Assembly: GCA_038496445.1 (NCBI GenBank)
Contig: JALMLS010000027.1
Span: 62,001 to 126,000, forward strand
Length of the DNA stretch: 64,000 nucleotides
Direction: 5' to 3'
Source: Trichosphaerium sp. ATCC 40318
Taxonomy: Eukaryota; Protista; Tubulinea
The position numbers and the translations under genes were made by a program. This document shows positions 25,360 through 35,422 of the stretch, one piece after another (position 1 is the first letter of the stretch; each line of letters opens with the position of its first letter). The notes beneath the pieces were generated by a model, which searched no databases, was not told the DNA's origin, and worked only from the letters and a program-made list of their open reading frames with translations.

Positions 25360-26110
25360 ACGAAAGTATTGACTTTTGGTCACTGTCGTTTTAGTTTTAC
25401 AGGGCTATCATAGAAAACAAAACTTACAGTGCTTTTTAGAACATACCTTGGCAGCGTTCCAAAACTTAGAGTCATAAGGGTTCACATAATTACAATTATG
25501 ATTGCACAATTTGTTTGTTATTTTTAACATGTTCTTATTTTGGTAATTTACAACATTAAGGCACTACTTGTAGCAATAAAAATAACAACCATCACGTATT
25601 AGATCAAACACGAGTTTTTATCAAAATAACCTTAAATTTCAGGGAAAAGTGGTTGGTATCAAAGACCACTTGTGATACTGGTTACAAGATGTTACAGCAA
25701 AATTAGTCAATGTCACGTTTCACTCTATGATATAAAAGTTATGCAGTAACCGGCAATAGCGTTTGGCAACTTCGTGCATTATTTTTAAGTTTTTAAGCTT
25801 ATGAGAGTGTTAATGCCTTCTCTATGCTTTCAATAACGTTTTTATATGCTTTTACGTGTATGCAGACAGTTGCAGCCTGTTGTTCCATTTAAAGGTAGAA
25901 AAAAAAATGTAACTGTATCAACTTTTTCCTACTTTCCTACCAACCCCTACCAAACAAGCGGTTTAAATGTTGTACAAAAGCGTGTTAAAAAATAAACAAT
26001 AAGAAGGTGTTAAACGTAAAATTACAATACTATTTACAGCATATAAAGTATGTGTTTAGGTATAAAAACGGTGTAAAAACGTGGTACACCAGTACTTTTA
26101 AGAAAAGTTA
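25360..26110 (-). pseudogene. Decayed tandem duplicate of 23025-23734 and the sequence beyond the MITE
   Basis: Collinear direct similarity, e.g. CGAAAGTATTGAC..TCA.TGTCGTTTTAGTTTT, AGAGTCATAAGGGTT, ACTACTTGTAGCAATAAAAA, ACACGAGTTTTTATCA, GGTTACAAGATGT, AGAAGGTGTTA, ATTACAATAC, with many indels and no long ORF. Confidence 0.75.
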
Positions 26111-26651
26111 GCTTTTGAAGTGAACAGGAAATTACAGTTTTGCTTCTATTGAATCTGTATTGACAAAAAAAGATAAAACAGGTCTAAGAACTCGGATTTT
26201 TCTTACAACTGTCACACTGACACTCTTTCCTTTAAATGCGAATATGCCGTTACAAAAACGTATCAAAGCTATAAAAATATGTTGTTTTTACAATTTCGTT
26301 TTTTTACAAGTTATGTGATTTTTCGGTTTGTTTGACACTAAACTCACTTTTATCAATTTCGCATTGTAAACAGTATATTGCTCGATTAATGAGTTATACG
26401 CCAAAGGTCGTTGTCAAATATACCCGTTAATACTTGTTTAATACAGGGAAAACTACTGCTCGCTGTAGGACGTATAATACAGTTTAAAGCGCTAGGACGT
26501 ATGACATTTTAAAGCGCAAAACTTTGTGAATAACAAAAACTCTGGGGACTGCCGCTTAACTAAGCCGTGTACTGACTAATACTATGCCGTGTACTGCTCC
26601 CTTAAACACGAAATCTTCAAACATTTTTTTGTCAAATTTTTTTTTTGATAA

Positions 26652-28952
26652 TTATTGTACAATTGCGCTTGCAATAAGCTTAAAAAGGTTGTCATATTGT
26701 GTCTTTAGCACTTTCAAGGCATGTGACATATCATCAAATGCATCAGGTTTTAAAGGGTTACAATTTGGTGCCACAACGTGGCAGACAACTGAGTCTTTAC
26801 CATCAACTTTGACTGGATATATACCACCAACACTACCAGTATTATACTCAGCTTTTGCTTTTTTGAAAGTGTCACTATCAATCCTATCAGCCATGAAACG
26901 ACTTAGACCCTTCTTCGGTTGTTTGAAACGCCTTCAATAAAATTGGATTAGACGGTTGTAAGATGCTTGATGTAACAATTACGTACCATGTAGATTCAAT
27001 AATAACAACCTGAGGTGTGAATTGTCGCATACAGGCATCAACAACAAGCTTGTCGTCATGTGAAGTCTCATCATTAAAATGTCGTTCATCAAGAAAAGTC
27101 ACATTTTTTTCTACTATTGTTTTTGGAAGTTGTCAGAGAGATGATGACATTAAGAAATTAAAATCACCACAAAAAGTAAATCGTACGTGATTCTGCTCTA
27201 TAACACCAATGCCTTTTGAATTCGTTATATGCCTTGGTGCCCGGTTTTTCAAGAAGAACCAAATTGATTATTTTGTTATTTTTTAGTGTTGATAAAAATT
27301 GCAATGCTGAGCGACAAGCTGTTTCAGCGCCAGCCTTTGGTTTTATGCCTCCAACCCTTTGAAAATGATATTAATAACTCAGTTACAAACAGACAATGAT
27401 GGTTTGATCTCACATACCTTGTACTAAGAGAAGGAAAAGCTATTGTGATAGTGCCATCATAACCAGGCTTTATTTTTAAAGGTAGTTTCTTTGTTGGTTT
27501 TGACACAACCTGGACTTTCTTATTATCTTGTGGCAGGCCATATAACTGAACAGATTGGATAGGCCCACTTTTCTTAGGAGGTGCGTTTTGAGGCTTTTTT
27601 AAAGGTTTTTTGGAAGGATACTTCCTCTTTATCTTTTTTGCTAGTTCACAGTTAGAGCAGTGATTTTCATTAAGTGTTTTGAGTTTTCTTCAGTTATAAC
27701 TTACGCACTACTGGCATCTCCTCATTTTCTTGTCCAGGCCAAGCTGTCCTTATTGCACAATGCTTTGGTTTTGGAATTGCGCTTGAAGTCGTAGATTTCT
27801 TTGGAACTAAATAAACTCATTAGCGTTGCAAATTTTTTTTTCTGTTATTTTCTTTCTTTTTTTCAAAGCTTGTCAAAGAACTTTTTGATATGTCGCTCTA
27901 AGTACCATATTGTTTAACCTTTGGATAAGAGGCCTTCTTGGTTAATCCAAGGGTAGGTTTAAGATGTCCGACGTTAACATCGACCTTTATAATTGGATCT
28001 GGAGCCTTTTTCTTTTTCGTAAAATCAGGTTTAGGCATCCAAGGAGCTTTCTGTTCTGTCTTAGGAAGCTTAAATATTTTTTTCTCTTCCTTTGCTTCAA
28101 TTTCATGCATTTGAAATGGTTTTGCTTGAGGCATTTCCTCGTCACTGTCATTGTCAACACCAAATGACATTTTAGCCTGGGGCATCTCTTCATCACTGTC
28201 AACATCGAAGGAGAGTTTAAACTGCTTTTTAACTTGAACTTGTTCCTCTTCGTAGTTTTCCTTCTTCCAAAAAAATTACATAAGCAAGTTTATCATAACG
28301 CTCCCAATGTTATGGATGTACCTCAAGCCATGGATGTGCGAATTGTTGAAAGTGAACAGGGTTCTTCCTAAAGGTGATACTTTAACGAGACATTGTTATA
28401 CTATGTATTCAAACGCACCTATAACATCCTTCGCCAAAACGACAAACCGGTTTTTTTGGTACCTTCCTTTTAACGCCAGAAAATTTTTTGACAGGTTTGA
28501 GAGGCGATAGCGACTCTTCCAGAGAGTCTTGGGATACTGGTGACGGCATATCGGGCACATTTGGTACGTATGACACGCTACACGGAAATTCTGACATAAA
28601 CAGCCTACAACAGAAACCGTTACAATGGGTTAGATAGTTTTAGCATACATACGTGAAGATGTCACCATTTTGTAGTGGCAATTTGTCTCCTTTGGTAATT
28701 GGCTTTATTACGCTTCCTCTCTTAATACCGGAAGGGTTTGAGCCCATCTATGAAGGGAAATACATAAGCACTTAGAAATTGGCGGGTGTATACCTGCTCT
28801 ATCCAAAGACTATCTCCTACGCGTGTTACGAGCACTTGACGTCTTGAACAGCGTTTATCCAACACTTTCTTTTTATCTCTACCAAAGTACTGTTCATCGC
28901 CATCCCTTATCTCCACGCGATCACCTGATGCAGTTGTAACAAAGAAGGACAT
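26652..28952 (-). CDS. APL-like DNA-damage protein: FHA + PBZ zinc finger + circularly permuted macrodomain
   Basis: FHA of the PNKP/APTX/APLF type: FGR...DKRCSRRQV...IEQ/xGLxP. PBZ: KPVCRFGEGCYR/KNPVHFQQFAHP. The macro motif TIAFPSLST comes before VIIESTW/RFKQPKKG and CHVVAPNCNPLKPD...LKTQYDNLF. Confidence 0.8.
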
Positions 28953-29323
28953 CAACGTATTAACAGAAGCGTTATAATGCCCAAGTAGCCTTTCGTCGCT
29001 GCCACGCAGCAACCTACAGCGTTTGAAAAAATTATAACTTATTGCCGCGAAAAAAAATTAACTGCTCGAAATTGTTGTCCCAAAAAACCTGTGTTCACAC
29101 TGTGACGTAAAACGGAACTCAACGAAGCAGTGAATTGAGCCACACTTATTTGCAGTACGTTTTTACCAACGCATACCTACCATAAGATATGTGGCGTAAC
29201 TGTACAAATAACGGCGTATCAATTGTAAAGGTGACGTTATATTAGCGATTTACAATCACGTGACTAATATCGAGTCCAATTTTGTTTTTTGCATTGCTTT
29301 AATCGCGCTATCGTTGATAGTGT

Positions 29324-29873
29324 CTAGTGATCACTGCACTTTACAACAGCCCTAAGTTGTCCAGAGACGTTTTCTTGAGAGATAATATCAAAGTGAATGA
29401 GCTTGGACGTCTTTTGGGTGAGACTAGTAGCCATCTAGACGAGCTCTTATTAGTAAAACGAAGCTGACGAAAAAAAACTAAACGACCAACATACTTGAAC
29501 GTTTACTTTAGGCTCCTTCGTGCTCCACGCATTATCAATTCTAACACGGAATACTCTGTTGCGATCACTAGCAGACCTGAACGCAATATCGGCTTGGCAA
29601 CCGCTTTTAAATCCTACAAAACACGTGAGGATAGCTCAATACCTCGAGAACATAATAAAAAAAAGTAGTTTAAGAAAAAAACGTACCAACGCTCTTCATG
29701 GATACTATAATCTGTTTGCCAGGCTCTATATTAGTTGGCTCCTCATACCATCTACCTTGCGTAGAATGCTTTGATTGTACTACAAGATTAGACGTAGCGT
29801 CGTTGATAAACTGCACCACAAAGCTGCGCTTTGCTTTTCCACATTCTTCTTGGATGCTTTCGATGGATGCCAT
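29324..29873 (-). CDS. Aegerolysin/actinoporin-like small beta-sandwich protein
   Basis: Spliced reading KRSFVVQFINDATSNLVVQSKHSTQGRWYEEPTNIEPGKQIIVSMKSV/GFKSGCQADIAF...FRVRIDNAWS fits the NxTxxxL...GxW...PxxIxPG...GxxGxxG pattern. No signal peptide. Confidence 0.55.
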
Positions 29874-30065
29874 TTTTATCGTGGGTTGTTTTTAGCAAAT
29901 TACGCTTACGTGATTCACAAAAATACTACAAAAAGCCGATGATGTCACTGCCCGCAGTGTCCCTTAGCATTTAGCACTCATTTTCGCGCAAAAAATCCGA
30001 GTCGTTAACTTTTAAGTCGTGATTAAGTAGGCCTGGTGAGTTATTTCGGAGTGCTGTAGCCCAAC

Positions 30066-33000
30066 ATGTCCAAAAGCGTGCCCAGCATACAGCTCAATCT
30101 TCCAGTGCCTAAGAGTAAACCTTCTAAGCGAAGTGCAGCGTCGATACGGGGACTGTCCGTCAGTACTGGTGCTGGTACAAAAAGAAAAAGTCCTCCAACG
30201 AGTCTTTTTATTAACGTACGCGTTAGTGTCATGGCACTTGTACGCTATATCAAGTTTCGTACCCAAGCTAGTAGTTGATCGCTTTCTCTCATCAAAACCA
30301 AAATTAATGCGTAAAAAGAGTTCTCTACGCGTTTTGGACAATGCAGATATGGTACATTTTAATTTTATCGCTTCGGCTAAATTATTCATCATAGACAGGT
30401 GTAGAAGAGTTTCCAGGCGCTATATTGATGGTTGACATCAGTGGTAGGTTCCTACTTGCTTATTTCGGTCGATAATAAAACACACAAAAACTGTCCAGTC
30501 GACTAATCTTTTACAACAGGTTTTACATCGTTGAACGAGAGATTTGCGAAGCTAGGCGCAGCAGGTATAGAGAAAGTTACAAAACACATCAACGGTTACT
30601 TCACACAACTCATTGAATGCATCACCAGCCACGGAGGTGATGTTCTGAAGGTACGTTACAACGAAAACCGCTTCAGCGACGATGACTGACGTTTATTACT
30701 AGTTTGCTGGAGACGCCTTGATTGTATCTTTTGGCTCACCATCAAATCAAAAAGACAGCCTTGAAACTCTAACAATACGTGCTATTCAATGCGGTACAGG
30801 TGAGGAGCATATTGAAACAAAAAGTAGCTTGCTAAAGCTGTTCTTAGACATACAAACTAATCTTCGCGAATATATGGCTGATGGGATTCAGTTAACTCTC
30901 CATATTGCTATAGGCGCAGGAAAATTGACAACATTGCACGTAGTACGTTAATAACAGAAATCTGTCAAGAAACCTTTGGTTTTGTTTTGTTTTTCATAGT
31001 GTTTTTTTTATCATGCGTCTAAAATGTTTTAGGGTGGCATTGACGGTCGCTGGGAGTTTTTTCCAACAGGGGAAGTTTTCGGGCAATTACATGACGCTCT
31101 TGATAAGAGTAAGTCTGGTGAGGTTGTAGTTTCAGCTGCAGCATGGGATATAATAAAAGAGTACTCAAAAGCAGAAGAAGATGATGGAGATTGGCGTTTA
31201 TTTAGTGTGGACAAATCAGTGCCAATGTACTCGATATCATTGTCGCCTTTATGTATATAATTAATTACCCTTTAGAGAACCACTTACAGTAGACCTTGTC
31301 GGTGACTTACAAGCATTAGAGATGAGTCTAAGACCTTACATTGGAAAAGGTATTAGATTCGCGTTTGTTTTGTTTAAATGCATTTCTGATGGAAATTATT
31401 AAGGTGTGTTGGCTCGTGTGGATGCTGGACAAGCAGACTGGCTTGCTGAGTTTCGACCTGTAACGGTTGTATTTGTAAATTACAAAGGGTTGACATGTGA
31501 AGGTAGTTAGAAAAGTGTTTTATCGTAATACATTCTGTTTCTAATATTAACTGTTTAGGAACTGTTGACTACGATAAAATAAACTCTGTCCTTCAAGCTG
31601 ATCAGAAGATACTCTTCAGTGCCGAAGGATTTTTACGTCAGTTCCTTGTTGATGATAAAGGTAAACTTCCAGTTCCTTGTTATTAATTTCAATTAACTTG
31701 CTTTCATAGGTTGTACTCTAATTGCTGTCTTTGGTGTTCCGCCATATTCTCATCAAGAAGATCCTCAAAGAGGTATTACAGCTGCTTTAAAAATTAGAGA
31801 GAGCGCCAGAGAGCTTGAGCTCGACTGTGCTATTGGAGTGACGTGAGTACTAATTTTTTTTTTGGTTTGCTTACTTTTTTATAAGTACTGGTAATTGCTT
31901 CTGTGGTGCTGTAGGATCAAGAGCACGACAGGAGTATGCTGTTGTTGGAGGTAAGTTATATTGTATTGTTTTATATATGTTGAACGTTTGTAGATACTGT
32001 TAATTTATCTGCACGCCTTATGGTAGCTGCTGGCATGGGTACGCTTTCTAGTTGTTGTACCTTTCTTACTTAAGCTCTCAAGGTAATATTTTATGCGATG
32101 AAACTACGTACATGGAATCTAAAGCTAGGTTTGAATTCAACTCACTGGATCCTATTAAAGTTAAGGTACGCAAAATTGTGACGGTGCAAGCAAATAATAT
32201 TTCTAAAAAAGGGAAAAGCGGATAAAATCAATATATTTTCACCTTTGAACTACAAACCTCTTGCGGAAGAGGGTGACTTATTGAGTGCTGCTGGTCCAAT
32301 TGTAGGGCGCGCAAGAGAGTTTCACGAATTATGTGAGGCATTATTATGCCTTGGAGAGTATCCAGCATCAGCCACACTCTGTTGGGTATGTTTTTTGGTT
32401 ATGTTGTTTTTTAATGATAGTACAGGGAGAAGCAGGTATAGGTAAGAGCACCATGGCGATTGAGTTTTTCCGAGTTGCCAATAAAAAGCATGAAGGTATT
32501 GTAATGATCGTGTAGCCCTGTGTAGGTAATAGAGTGCTAGGAAATGCTTATTATGGCATTGGTGATTATATTGATAAATCGACACCTTTTCGAAGTATTT
32601 TCCATATTCTAAACAGGTGTTTGGGTCTTAAATCTAGATCAGAAGAAGAAGAAGTTATACAAGAGAATAATAAAATAATTAAAAGTCTTGTAGATAAATT
32701 AGAGGGAGGGAAAGAAAAAGCATTCGTAAGTGTACACTTCACACTTTTTTTTTTCTTTTTTTTTTGCCCTTTTTAGCCTATGTTAACTCTTTCGTAGGTT
32801 GCCGATAATTTGGGATTTTTGAACGATATTTTACCTGTACAATTTTCTAAACCAAAGGCAGAAGGTTCGTCCTGGATCATGGCAATGTTCAAACTGTAAA
32901 AACGAAAAATTGTTCGGCTCACTGAAGTTTTAGCAAAGGATGACGATGTATTGATCACTCATGCAGTTGATATATTGGTTGTTCTACTTAGTTATATAGC

Positions 33001-34563
33001 AGATAACGAACATCCTATAATAATTGTAGTGGATGATGCACAGTGGTATGCGTGAAAAAACAAACAAAAAAAAAACCAGCTGTTCTATTCTTAACTATTC
33101 TTTCAGGTTGGATGAAGCCTCTTGGCAACTTTTTGCAAAAATTATGGATAAAGGACCAAATTGTATATATTTTATGATTGTATCTCGGGCTGTTAAGCCA
33201 GATAAGATGCCACAATATTGGGTAAGCAAACATACATTTCTTACCATCAGTTTTTCTTTTGATGAAGATTTTGTTATTAACATGTTTCTTTCATTTGTAG
33301 ATTGATTTCAAGACTTGCTCTCGTACTACAGATATGATACTAGGCGGGTTAAATAATGAAGATATTCTTGATATGATTAAACAACAGTATGAGATAGATT
33401 TTGTACCTCCTGAGGTTGCAAAAATGATCACTAAAAAAGCTGGTGGAAATCCGTTGTTTGCAAAAGAAGTTGTTACTTTTATGGTCGATGGTGGACATAT
33501 AACTATCGAAGGTGGTGTTTGTAATATAGCAGCAACAGGTGTAGATAATTTAAGCATACCTGCAAGTCTGGAAGGTGTCATAAGATCAAGGTAACAAACA
33601 ATCTACCAAGGAAAACTAGTTCCGCAACTAACTTTTCTTCAAATTAGGTTTGATAGGCTACATGCAAGCCAACAACTCATTCTTAAAGTGGTATCATGCT
33701 ACGGTATGAAAGTCACAGTACGTAACATGCATATACCCTTTTGATAACTCGCATGCACTTTGGCAAGTGTTTTAATAGCCAATTTTTTTTATTCTCATTG
33801 CTTGTATAAACTTTAGATTTCTTCTTACATTTTTAATTGAATAACCTTTTGGTTTGTTCCATATTTTTGGTGTTTATTGTTTGTGTTTCTTTAGGTTGGT
33901 GACATTAATAGTGTTTATCCAAAAACATCATTAAAAGGAAATTTAACAGATCAGATAGAAGATCTTCATACACAAGGCGTTTTACATAATCAAGATGTTG
34001 TAGCTGAACGTAGTGTATCTTTTGTATCTTTACTATTCAAAGACGTTGCTTATAAACTCATGACTGGCACACAACGAAAATCATTGCATTTATCAATAGC
34101 AGAGTACCAAGAGAAACAAGTCAAGGTTAGTAAAAAAAGAGTTTTAAAGGAGCATCCAACTTTTTTTTCGAAGTTTCAACATTTGCCTTTGAGATGCGTT
34201 TTTCCGTGCGCTCGCACCATCGTTGATGTTAATCACATGCAGTACCCTCTGTAGTGTAATGGCAAATCACGCTTGGTTGTAGCCCGAGAAATGGTGGTTC
34301 GATTCCATCCGGAGGGATTTCTTTTTTTTCTTTTTTTTTCTGTTTTTTTTATTGTTAGTTTAATTTCTTGGTTTTAGAATGAGAGTACAAGTGGTGCTCT
34401 TGTTGATGGTCAATATAGAGATATAATATATCATTATAAACATGCAGACAAGCCAGAAAAAGTTACTGAATACCAAAAGAAGTTAAAAGCACGTGTCAGG
34501 TGGAGACGTATTTCTTTGGTGATGAAGAATACTTTCTCGCTAATGCGAGCTATTTCGAAGTAA
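30066..34563 (+). CDS. Soluble class III nucleotide cyclase of the ADCY10/SgcA type (two cyclase domains + P-loop STAND domain); probably a guanylyl cyclase
   Basis: C1: ILMVDISG/FTSLNE...HGGDVLK/FAGDALI. C2: LRQFLVDDKG...FGVPPYSHQED...IGVT/TGNCFCGAVGSRARQEYAVVG/DTVNLSARLM. P-loop GEAGIGKST; VDDAQWLDEASW; AGGNPLFAKE; RFDRL. The last exon IIYHYKHA ends in TAA at 34563. Confidence 0.9.
34245..34317 (+). tRNA. tRNA with GTA anticodon (Tyr), intronless, inside the last intron of the cyclase gene
   Basis: Cloverleaf: acceptor CCCTCTG/CGGAGGG + A73; D arm GTG..CAC with GG; anticodon stem CTTGG/CCGAG with loop TTGTAGC; 4-nt variable loop; T arm GGTGG-TTCGATT-CCATC. Confidence 0.88.
34318..34350 (+). 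terminator. RNA polymerase III oligo-T terminator of the tRNA
   Basis: Several runs of 8 or more T directly after the tRNA discriminator base. Confidence 0.7.
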
Positions 34564-34754
34564 AGAAAAAAAAGAAAAATAATAAAATATTTAAACTCTC
34601 GCTTCGCGTGACACAGCATGCTGAGCAACAAACAACATAGTAAGCACACTATTTTATGGTGTTATATGCAGCTACATACTTACAAGAAGAGTAAATACAG
34701 CTGAAGAAATACAACAGCAGTTATGTGGTTGAAAGTGGTCTGAGTTTACTTTAA

Positions 34755-35006
34755 CTAGTTTACAGTACAGTCTGAACATATCTTCTCGTACTTACAAGCT
34801 TTTATTGATGCCATCCAAACCAAAGAGTCTCTACAACCAGCAGCTTTGAGGCATTGCATCTCTGTATGCCAGCAAGGGCAGAATGAAGGCTTTTTTGCGC
34901 ATTCGGCTAGTTTTTCGACGCATTTAGCTGCTTGTTTGTTGTCACAAGTTGCTGCGAATGCAATAGCTATTAGAGCGCACGCAAGAATTATAAGAGAGGT
35001 GTTCAT
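34755..35006 (-). CDS. Small secreted cysteine-rich protein (83 aa)
   Basis: Single ORF with a hydrophobic signal peptide (MNTSLIILACALIAIAFA) and 10 Cys in the ~65-aa mature part. Confidence 0.75.
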   Translation of the reverse strand: MNTSLIILACALIAIAFAATCDNKQAAKCVEKLAECAKKPSFCPCWHTEMQCLKAAGCRDSLVWMASIKACKYEKICSDCTVN

Positions 35007-35422
35007 TGTTGTTGCCTAAGTTGAACTACTTGAACTTCTATTTTTGGAAAGAAATTGCTAAGTAACTTTCTACAACTCAACTTCCAAAAGTAACCAGCCA
35101 TATTAAGAACGAAAAATAGTTCTGCGACAAGCTTAAGTTTTGCTGGTGACAGCCGGCAGTCGTACAAAGCTTGTGGAAGGATCTAATTGAAAAAAATGAT
35201 AAAATAAAAATAGTGATTGTTTTCAATCTTGCTACCTATGTGAGCGTGTACCACTTAAATTTTTCCATACTGCAAATAAATAAAAGCTGTATAGTAGCAT
35301 GGGTAACAAGTTTCATATATGTATGGCACAGGATCACTCTTGAAAGATCATCACTTACTGAGCAGTTCTGAGACTTTTTTTGAATCAACAAAAAATTTAT
35401 GAATACAAAATCTCTTTTTGGA

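Noticed and set aside
26460-26600. Short direct repeats TAGGACGTAT x2 and GCCGTGTACTG x2
   Set aside because: Only two copies each with no larger structure, which is not enough to call a feature.
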